Positions 1 to 10,000 of a stretch of 64,000 nucleotides of DNA are shown piece after piece. Position 1 is the first letter of the stretch, and each line of letters begins with the position of its first letter. This DNA comes from Laetmonice hystrix (Eukaryota), in NCBI GenBank assembly GCA_965235115.1, contig OZ249436.1, forward strand, positions 24,926,001 through 24,990,000. The letters are read 5' to 3'. Made by a program: the position numbers and the translations under genes. The notes beneath the pieces are model-generated. The model was not told where the DNA came from and did not search any database. It worked only from the letters and a program-made list of their open reading frames with translations.

Positions 1-492
1 GGCACAAAAAACTTTCTACCCCGTTGCAAGTCACATTAGCGTGCTGCTTGTCGTAAAAAATGGTGCAGACCATTTCTAAAGTCACAGTACCCCACTCCCG
101 GCCTAATATTACGTTTCAGTATCCATATACGCTGCAAGCGGCAGGAACTCGAATACAGGCCTAAAAGTAACCTCAGTCTAGCAATATCATACTCCCATGC
201 CATATACGAGCTTGTAATTATCTTTAATTAATGGGCTCCGCAGCACCAACCCACTGCATTAACATTTGTTTAACAGCTTAACACACCTTGTAAAATTTTT
301 TCAAGTGCGTAAAAATGCGTGTCCACCTCCACATACTTTAAAAATCACTATACCCACCCAGCGACATCCACTCTAATACACGCCTAAAAGGAACTTCACT
401 GTCCCATTTGATTCTCCAGCACGTATAGGATGTTTCAAGTAACATTCATCCACGGTCTGGCCCAATAACGTGCAACAAGGCATAGTAAGTCA

Positions 493-506
493 ATGCGAGC
501 TCGCAT
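493..506. other. Perfect 14-bp palindrome ATGCGAGCTCGCAT (once per monomer, half A)
   Basis: Equals its own reverse complement; contains SacI site GAGCTC. Confidence 0.9.
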
Positions 507-602
507 GTCAAACCTAACCCGCCCCCAAGCACATGAGCTGAAAATATTCAAATAGCTTGAAAACTAGAATATAGCTTTGCTTAATACCATTATACCATCA
601 AC

Positions 603-624
603 TCGCATTACAGGCCTAATGCGA
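603..624. other. Inverted repeat TCGCATTA-caggcc-TAATGCGA (8-bp stem, 6-nt loop; once per monomer)
   Basis: Read directly; arms are exact reverse complements. Confidence 0.9.
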
Positions 625-692
625 AGCTCCCAGCCTAAAACGAGTTTCCAATTAATTTAAAGTTAACAAGATGCACTAATAATCGATTCCAA

Positions 693-704
693 GCCTAATT
701 AGGC
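693..704. other. Perfect 12-bp palindrome GCCTAATTAGGC (once per monomer)
   Basis: Equals its own reverse complement. Confidence 0.9.
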
Positions 705-867
705 CATTGCTAGTTGGATAACCAAATCTCATACAAAATACACCCTCCCGGCAGATGACCTGAGAATATTCAACTCTTATGTCCGATATATCCCTGTCCG
801 CTTAGTAGCACCCAGCCGGGCCCCCATTTTGACATTGCAACACCAATACAGCAAGTGCCCAGCTAAC

Positions 868-1752
868 AGCACAAATAACAGGATTCAGGGCTTCCTACCA
901 CGTTACAAGTCACAATAGATTGCTGCCTGTCGTAAAAATATACCAGACCATTTTAAAAAGTCACAGAACCCCAATCCGGCCCTAATATGTCACTCCCAGT
1001 ACCAATAGACGCTGGAAGCACCATCAACTGAAATTCAGGCCTAGAACCCACCTCTCTCTACCAATATCATGCACCTAGTCCGTATACGAGGTTGTAATTT
1101 CCTTTAATCAACGGGCTGCGCCGCAGCAACCCACTCTGGTCTTTGCAATCTTTTTCAATATGCGTTAACATTTGTGACCAGCTCAACGCGCCTTGTAAAA
1201 TTTTTCAAAGTGCGTAAAAGTGTGTGTCCACCCCGACACGCTTTCCAAACCACTATACCCACCGAGCGACATCCACTCAAATACAGGCTTCGACCGATCC
1301 TCACTGTGCCAATAATCCGCCACAAGGCAAATTCAGTCAATGCAAGCTGGAAAATCGAATGTCAAACCTAATGCTCCCCCCCCAGCACGTTAACTGAAAA
1401 AAATCAACTAGCTTGAAAACTAGAATATAGCTTTGTTTAGCTAACAATCTACTCTCCCAGCGCCATCAACTCGCATACAGGCGTAAAAGCAAACGCACTG
1501 CCCCATATAATGCTCCCAGCATAAAACGATGTTGCAATTAATTTAAAATTAACAAGATGCACTAGTAATCCGATCCAAGCTTAATTACGTCATTGCTAGT
1601 TTCATAACCAAATCTCACAGAAAATACCCCACCCGGGCACATAACCTGAAAATATTCAACTTTTATCTCCAATGTATCCCTGTGCACCTAGTAGCACCCA
1701 AGCGGGCCCAATTTTGACATTCCAACACAAATACCGCAAATACCCGCCTAAT
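868..1752. repeat. Half-monomer B (885 bp), homologous to half A
   Basis: Begins AGCACAAA (cf. GGCACAAA at 1). Shares TAGCTTGAAAACTAGAATATAGCTTTG, TTAACAAGATGCACTA, ATAACCAAATCTCA and ATTTTGACATT with half A in the same order. Confidence 0.95.
1376..1383 (+). repeat. Length-variable poly-C tract (C8-C12), once per monomer
   Basis: C8 at 1376-1383, C12 at 3129-3140, intermediate lengths elsewhere; accounts for most of the monomer length variation. Confidence 0.9.
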
Positions 1753-4700
1753 GGCACAAAAAACTTTCTACCCCGTTGCAAGTCACATTAGCTTGCTGCT
1801 TGTCGTAAAAAATGGTGCAGACCATTTCTAAAGTCACAGTACCCCACTCCCGGCCTAATATTACGTTTCAGTATCCATATACGCTGCAAGCGGCAGGAAC
1901 TCGAATACAGGCCTAAAAGTAACCCCAGTCTAGCAATATCATACTCTCATGCCATATACGAGCTTGTAATTATCTTTAATTAATGGGCTCCGCAGCACCA
2001 ACCCACTGCATTAACATTTGTTTAACAGCTTAACGCACCTTGTAAAAAAATTTTCAAGTGCGTAAAAATGCGTGTCCACCTCCACATACTTTAAAAATCA
2101 CTATACCCACCCAGCGACATTCACTCTAATACACGCCTAAGAGGAACTTCACTGTCCCATTTGATTCTCCAGCACGTATAGGATGTTTCAAGTAACATTT
2201 ATCCACGGTCTGGCCCAATAACGTGCAACAAGGCATAGTAAGTCAATGCGAGCTCGCATGTCAAACCTAACCCGCCCCCCAGCACATGAGCTGAAAATAT
2301 TCAAATAGCTTGAAAACTAGAATATAGCTTTGCTTAATACCATTATACCATCAACTCGCATTACAGGCCTAATGCGAAGCTCCCAGCCTAAAACGAGTTT
2401 CCAATTAATTTAAAGTTAACAAGATGCACTAATAATCGATTCCAAGCCTAATTAGGCCATTGCTAGTTGGATAACCAAATCTCATACAAAATACACCCTC
2501 CCGGCAGATGACCTGAGAATATTCAACTCTTATGTCCGATATATCCCTGTCCGCTTAGTAGCACCCAGCCGGGCCCCCATTTTGACATTGCAACACCAAT
2601 ACAGCAAGTGCCCAGCTAACAGCACAAATAACAGGATTCAGGGCTTCCTACCACGTTACAAGTCACAATAGATTGCTGCCTGTCGTAAAAATATACCAGA
2701 CCATTTTAAAAAGTCACAGAACCCCAATCCGGCCCTAATATGTCACTCCCAGTACCAATACACGCTGGAAGCACCATCAACTGAAATTCAGGCCTAGAAC
2801 CCACCTCTCTCTACCAATATCATGCACCTAGTCCGTATACGAGGTTGTAATTTACTTTAATCAACGGGCTGCGCCGCAGCAACCCACTCTGGTCTTTGCA
2901 ATCTTTTTCAATATGCGTTAACATTTGTAACCAGCTCAACGCGCCTTGTAAAATTTTTCAAAGTGCGTAAAAGTGTGTGTCCATCCCGACACGCTTTCCA
3001 AACCACTATACCCACCGAGCGACATCCACTCAAATACAGGCTTCGACCGATCCTCACTGTGCCAATAATCCGCCACAAGGCAAATTCAGTCAATGCAAGC
3101 TGGAAAATCGAATGTCAAACCTAATGCTCCCCCCCCCCCCAGCACGTTAACTGAAAATAATCAACTAGCTTGAAAACTAGAATATAGCTTTGTTAAGCTA
3201 ACAATCTACTCTCCCAGCGCCATCAACTCGCATACAGGCGTAAAAGCAAACGCACTGCCCCATATAATGCTTCCAGCCTAAAACGATGTTGCAATTAATT
3301 TAAAATTAACAAGATGCACTAGTAATCCGATCCAAGCCTAATTACGTCATTGCTAGTTTCATAACCAAATCTCACAGAAAATACCCCACCCGCGCACATA
3401 ACCTGAAAATATTCAACTTTTATCTCCAATGTATCCCTGTGCACCTAGTAGCACCCAAGCGGGCCCAATTTTGACATTCCAACACAAATACCGCAAATAC
3501 CCGCCTAATGGCACAAAAAACTTTCTACCCCGTTGCAAGTCACATTAGCTTGCTGCTTGTCGTAAAAAATGGTGCAGACCATTTCTAAAGTCACAGTACC
3601 CCACTCCCGGCCTAATATTACGTTTCAGTATCCATATACGCTGCAAGCGGCAGGAACTCGAATACAGGCCTAAAAGTAACCCCAGTCTAGCAATATCATA
3701 CTCTCATGCCATATACGAGCTTGTAATTATCTTTAATTAATGGGCTCCGCAGCACCAACCCACTGCATTAACATTTGTTTAACAGCTTAACGCACCTTGT
3801 AAAAAATTTTCAAGTGCGTAAAAATGCGTGTCCACCTCCACATACTTTAAAAATCACTATACCCACCCAGCGACATTCACTCTAATACACGCCTAAGAGG
3901 AACTTCACTGTCCCATTTGATTCTCCAGCACGTATAGGATGTTTCAAGTAACATTTATCCACGGTCTGGCCCAATAACGTGCAACAAGGCATAGTAAGTC
4001 AATGCGACCTCGCATGTCAAACCTAACCCGCCCCCCAGCACATGAGCTGGAGATATTCAAATAGCTTGAAAACTAGAATATAGCTTTGCTTAATACCATT
4101 ATACCATCAACTCGCATTACAGGCCTAATGCGAAGCTCCCAGCCTAAAACGAGTTTCCAATTAATTTAAAGTTAACAAGATGCACTAATAATCGATTCCA
4201 AGCCTAATTAGGCCATTGCTAGTTGGATAACCAAATCTCATACAAAATACACCCTCCCGGCAGATGACCTGAGAATATTCAACTCTTATGTCCGATATAT
4301 CCCTGTCCGCTTAGTAGCACCCAGCCGGGCCCCCATTTTGACATTGCAACACCAATACAGCAAGTGCCCAGCTAACAGCACAAATAACAGGATTCAGGGC
4401 TTCCTACCACGTTACAAGTCACAATAGATTGCTGCCTGTCGTAAAAATATACCAGACCATTTTAAAAAGTCACAGAACCCCAATCCGGCCCTAATATGTC
4501 ACTCCCAGTACCAATAGACGCTGGAAGCACCATCAACTGAAATTCAGGCCTAGAACCCACCTCTCTCTACCAATATCATGCACCTAGTCCGTATACGAGG
4601 TTGTAATTTACTTTAATCAACGGGCTGCGCCGCAGCAACCCACTCTGGTCTTTGCAATCTTTTTCAATATGCGTTAACATTTGTGACCAGCTCAACGCGC

Positions 4701-7018
4701 CTTGTAAAATTTTTCAAAGTGCGTAAAAGTGTCTGTCCACCCCGACACGCTTTCCAAACCACTATACCCACCGAGCGACATCCACTCAAATACAGGCTTC
4801 GACCGATCCTCACTGTGCCAATAATCCGCCACAAGGCAAATTCAGTCAATGCAAGCTGGAAAATCGAATGTCAAACCTAATGCTCCCCCCCCCCCAGCAC
4901 GTTAACTGAAAAAAATCAACTAGCTTGAAAACTAGAATATAGCTTTGTTTAGCTAACAATCTACTCTCCCAGCGCCATCAACTCGCATACAGGCGTAAAA
5001 GCAAACGCACTGCCCCATATAATGCTCCCAGCCTAAGACGATGTTGCAATTAATTTAAGATTAACAAGATGCACTAGTAATCCGATCCAAGCCTAATTAC
5101 GTCATTGCTAGTTTCATAACCAAATCTCACAGAAAATACCCCACCCGCGCACATAACCTGAAAATATTTAACTTTTATCTCCAATGTATCCCTGTGCACC
5201 TAGTAGCACACAAGCGGGCCCAATTTTGACATCCCAACACAAATACCGCAAATACCCGCCTAATGGCACAAAAAACTTTCTACCCCGTTGCAAGTCACAT
5301 TAGCGTGCTGCTTGTCGTAAAAAATGGTGCAGACCATTTCTAAAGTCACAGTACCCCACTCCCGGCCTAATATTACGTTTCAGTATCCATATACGCTGCA
5401 AGCGGCAGGAACTCGAATACAGGCCTAAAAGTAACCTCAGTCTAGCAATATCATACTCCCATGCCATATACGAGCTTGTAATTATCTTTAATTAATGGGC
5501 TCCGCAGCACCAACCCACTGCATTAACATTTGTTTAACAGCTTAACGCACCTTGTAAAATTTTTTCAAGTGCGTAAAAATGCGTGTCCACCTCCACATAC
5601 TTTAAAAATCACTATACCCACCCAGCGACATCCACTCTAATACACGCCTAAAAGGAACTTCACTGTCCCATTTGATTCTCCAGCACGTATAGGATGTTTC
5701 AAGTAACATTCATCCACGGTCTGGCCCAATAACGTGCAGCAAGGCATAGTAAGTCAATGCGAGCTCGCATGTCAAACCTAACCCGCCCCCAAGCACATGA
5801 GCTGAAAATATTCAAATAGCTTGAAAACTAGAATATAGCTTTGCTTAATACCATTATACCATCAACTCGCATTACAGGCCTAATGCGAAGCTCCCAGCCT
5901 AAAACGAGTTTCCAAATAATTTAAAGTTAACAAGATGCACTAATAATCGATTCCAAGCCTAATTAGGCCATTGCTAGTTGGATAACCAAATCTCATACAA
6001 AATACACCCTCCCGGCAGATGACCTGAGAATATTTAACTCTTATGTCCGATATATCCCTGTCTGCTTAGTAGCACCCAGCCGGGCCCCCATTTTGACATT
6101 GCAACACCAATACAGCAAGTGCCCAGCTAACAGCACAAATAACAGGATTCAGGGCTTCCTACCACGTTACAAGTCACAATAGATTGCTGCCTGTCGTAAA
6201 AATATACCAGACCATTTTAAAAAGTCACAGAACCCCAATCCGGCCCTAATATGTCACTCCCAGTACCAATACACGCTGGAAGCACCATCAACTGAAATTC
6301 AGGCCTAGAACCCACCTCTCTCTACCAATATCATGCACCTAGTCCGTATACGAGGTTGTAATTTACTTTAATCAACGGGCTGTGCCGCAGCAACCCACTC
6401 TGGTCTTTGCAATCTTTTTCAATATGCGTTAACATTTGTAACCAGCTCAACGCGCCTTGTAAAATTTTTCAAAGTGCGTAAAGTGTGTGTCCACCCCGAC
6501 ACGCTTTCCAAACCACTATACCCACAGAGCGACATCCACTCAAATACAGGCTTCGACCGATCCTCACTGTGCCAATAATCCGCCACAAGGCAAATTCAGT
6601 CAATGCAAGCTGGAAAATCGAATGTCAAACCTAATACTCCCCCCCCCCCAGCACGTTAACTGAAAATAATCAACTAGCTTGAAAACTAGAATATAGCTTT
6701 GTTTAGCTAACAATCTACTCTCCCAGCGCCATCAACTCGCATACAGGCGTAAAAGCAAACGCACTGCCCCATATAATGCTCCCAGCCTAAAACGATGTTG
6801 CAATTAATTTAAAATTAACAAGATGCACTAGTAATCCGATCCAAGCTTAATTACGTCATTGCTAGTTTCATAATCAAATCTCACAGAAAATACCCTTCCC
6901 GGGCAGATAACCTGAAAATATTCAACTTTTATCTCCAATGTATCCCTGTGCACCTAGTAGCACACAAGCGGGCCCAATTTTGACATTCCAAGACAAAAAC
7001 CGCAAATACCCGCCTAAT

Positions 7019-10000
7019 GGCACAGAAAACTTTCTACCCCGTTGCAAGTCACATTAGCTTGCTGCTTGTCGTAAAAAATGGTGCAGACCATTTCTAAAGT
7101 CACAGTACCCCACTCCCGGCCTAATATTACGTTTCAGTATCCATATACGCTGCAAGCGGCAGGAACTCGAATACAGGCCTAAAAGTAACCCCAGTCTAGC
7201 AATATCATACTCCCATGCCATATACGAGCTTGTAATTATCTTTAATTAATGGGCTCCGCAGCACCAACCCACTGCATTAACATTTGTTTAACAGCTTAAC
7301 GCACCTTGTAAAATTTGTTCAAGTGCGTAAAAATGCGTGTCCACCTCCACATACTTTAAAAATCACTATACCCACCCAGCGACATCCACTCTAATACACG
7401 CCTAAAAGGAACTTCACTGTCCCATTTGATTCTCCAGCACGTATAGGATGTTTCAAGTAACATTCATCCACGGTCTGGCCCAATAACGTGCAACAAGGCA
7501 TAGTAAGTCAATGCGAGCTCGCATGTCAAACCTAACCCGCCCCCAAGCACATGAGCTGAAAATATTCAAATAGCTTGAAAACTAGAATATAGCTTTGCTT
7601 AATACCATTATACCATCAACTCGCATTACAGGCCTAATGCGAAGCTCCCAGCCTAAAACGAGTTTCCAATTAATTTAAAGTTAACAAGATGCACTAATAA
7701 TCGATTCCAAGCCTAATTAGGCCATTGCTAGTTGGATAACCAAATCTCATACAAAATACACCCTCCCGGCAGATGACCTGAGAATATTCAACTCTTATGT
7801 CCGATATATCCCTGTCCGCTTAGTAGCACCCAGCCGGGCCCCCATTTTGACATTGCAACACCAATACAGCAAGTGCCCAGCTAACAGCACAAATAACAGG
7901 ATTCAGGGCTTCCTACCACGTTACAAGTCACAATAGATTGCTGCCTGTCGTAAAAATATACCAGACCATTTTAAAAAGTCACAGAACCCCAATCCGGCCC
8001 TAATATGTCACTCCCAGTACCAATAGACGCTGGAAGCACCATCAACTGAAATTCAGGCCTAGAACCCACCTCTCTCTACCAATATCATGCACCTAGTCCG
8101 TATACGAGGTTGTAATTTACTTTAATCAACGGGCTGCGCCGCAGCAACCCACTCTGGTCTTTGCAATCTTTTTCAATATGCGTTAACATTTGTGACCAGC
8201 TCAACGCGCCTTGTAAAATTTTTCAAAGTGCGTAAAAGTGTCTGTCCACCCCGACACGCTTTCCAAACCACTATACCCACCGAGCGACATCCACTCAAAT
8301 ACAGGCTTCGACCGATCCTCACTGTGCCAATAATCCGCCACAAGGCAAATTCAGTCAATGCAAGCTGGAAAATCGAATGTCAAACCTAATGCTCCCCCCC
8401 CCCAGCACGTTAACTGAAAAAAATCAACTAGCTTGAAAACTAGAATATAGCTTTGTTTAGCTAACAATCTACTCTCCCAGCGCCATCAACTCGCATACAG
8501 GCGTAAAAGCAAACGCACTGCCCCATATAATGCTCCCAGCCTAAGACGATGTTGCAATTAATTTAAGATTAACAAGATGCACTAGTAATCCGATCCAAGC
8601 CTAATTACGTCATTGCTAGTTTCATAACCAAATCTCACAGAAAATACCCCACCCGCGCACATAACCTGAAAATATTTAACTTTTATCTCCAATGTATCCC
8701 TGTGCACCTAGTAGCACACAAGCGGGCCCAATTTTGACATCCCAACACAAATACCGCAAATACCCGCCTAATGGCACAAAAAACTTTCTACCCCGTTGCA
8801 AGTCACATTAGCGTGCTGCTTGTCGTAAAAAATGGTGCAGACCATTTCTAAAGTCACAGTACCCCACTCCCGGCCTAATATTACGTTTCAGTATCCATAT
8901 ACGCTGCAAGCGGCAGGAACTCGAATACAGGCCTAAAAGTAACCCCAGTCTAGCAATATCATACTCCCATGCCATATACGAGCTTGTAATTATCTTTAAT
9001 TAATGGGCTCCGCAGCACCAACCCACTGCATTAACATTTGTTTAACAGCTTAACGCACCTTGTAAAATTTGTTCAAGTGCGTAAAAATGCGTGTCCACCT
9101 CCACATACTTTAAAAATCACTATACCCACCCAGCGACATCCACTCTAATACACGCCTAAAAGGAACTTCACTGTCCCATTTGATTCTCCAGCACGTATAG
9201 GATGTTTCAAGTAACATTCATCCACGGTCTGGCCCAATAACGTGCAACAAGGCATAGTAAGTCAATGCGAGCTCGCATGTCAAACCTAACCCGCCCCCAA
9301 GCACATGAGCTGAAAATATTCAAATAGCTTGAAAACTAGAATATAGCTTTGCTTAATACCATTATACCATCAACTCGCATTACAGGCCTAATGCGAAGCT
9401 CCCAGCCTAAAACGAGTTTCCAATTAATTTAAAGTTAACAAGATGCACTAATAATCGATTCCAAGCCTAATTAGGCCATTGCTAGTTGGATAACCAAATC
9501 TCATACAAAATACACCCTCCCGGCAGATGACCTGAGAATATTCAACTCTTATGTCCGATATATCCCTGTCCGCTTAGTAGCACCCAGCCGGGCCCCCATT
9601 TTGACATTGCAACACCAATACAGCAAGTGCCCAGCTAACAGCACAAATAACAGGATTCAGGGCTTCCTACCACGTTACAAGTCACAATAGATTGCTGCCT
9701 GTCGTAAAAATATACCAGACCATTTTAAAAAGTCACAGAACCCCAATCCGGCCCTAATATGTCACTCCCAGTACCAATAGACGCTGGAAGCACCATCAAC
9801 TGAAATTCAGGCCTAGAACCCACCTCTCTCTACCAATATCATGCACCTAGTCCGTATACGAGGTTGTAATTTCCTTTAATCAACGGGCTGCGCCGCAGCA
9901 ACCCACTCTGGTCTTTGCAATCTTTTTCAATATGCGTTAACATTTGTGACCAGCTCAACGCGCCTTGTAAAATTTTTCAAAGTGCGTAAAAGTGTCTGTC

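Larger units (their letters stand above)
1..867. repeat. Half-monomer A (867 bp), homologous to half B
   Basis: Colinear with 868-1752, e.g. CTACCCCGTTGCAAGTCACATTAG vs CTACCACGTTACAAGTCACAATAG, and CACTATACCCACCCAGCGACATCCACTC vs CACTATACCCACCGAGCGACATCCACTC. Confidence 0.95.
1..1752. repeat. Reference monomer (unit 1; phase set arbitrarily by the window start)
   Basis: GGCACAAAAAACTTTCTACCCCG at position 1 restarts at 1753. Confidence 0.98.

Noticed and set aside
1155..1340. 61-aa minus-strand ORF (MTEFALW...) repeated in 34 monomers
   Set aside because: Barely over the length cutoff, non-ATG start, no recognisable domain, frameshifted in two monomers, and the homologous region of half A gives no equivalent ORF. 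Recurrence simply reflects the repeat.
1174..1371. 65-aa plus-strand ORF (MTSSTRL...) and alternative 64-aa ORF (MSTPTRF...)
   Set aside because: GTG starts that appear or vanish with single SNPs or poly-C length; overlaps the antisense ORF; no family resemblance.
553..1435. CRISPR-like repeat (27-bp identical box)
   Set aside because: Intervening sequences are ~830-870 bp, themselves repeated and homologous; no unique spacers and no cas genes.
1..1752. Decayed or duplicated protein-coding gene underlying halves A and B
   Set aside because: In the stretches I checked, A/B substitutions show no 3-nt periodicity, and no long ORF exists in either half.
1..1752. Tandem RNA-gene cluster (5S rDNA, tRNA, U snRNA, spliced leader)
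   Set aside because: Unit size would fit, but I found no 5S internal control region, tRNA A/B boxes or cloverleaf, or snRNA hallmark on either strand. An Infernal/Rfam scan would be decisive for divergent RNAs.
1..1752. Canonical CENP-B box (nTTCGnnnnAnnCGGGn)
   Set aside because: No match seen on either strand at the TTCG/CGAA and CCCG/CGGG sites inspected.
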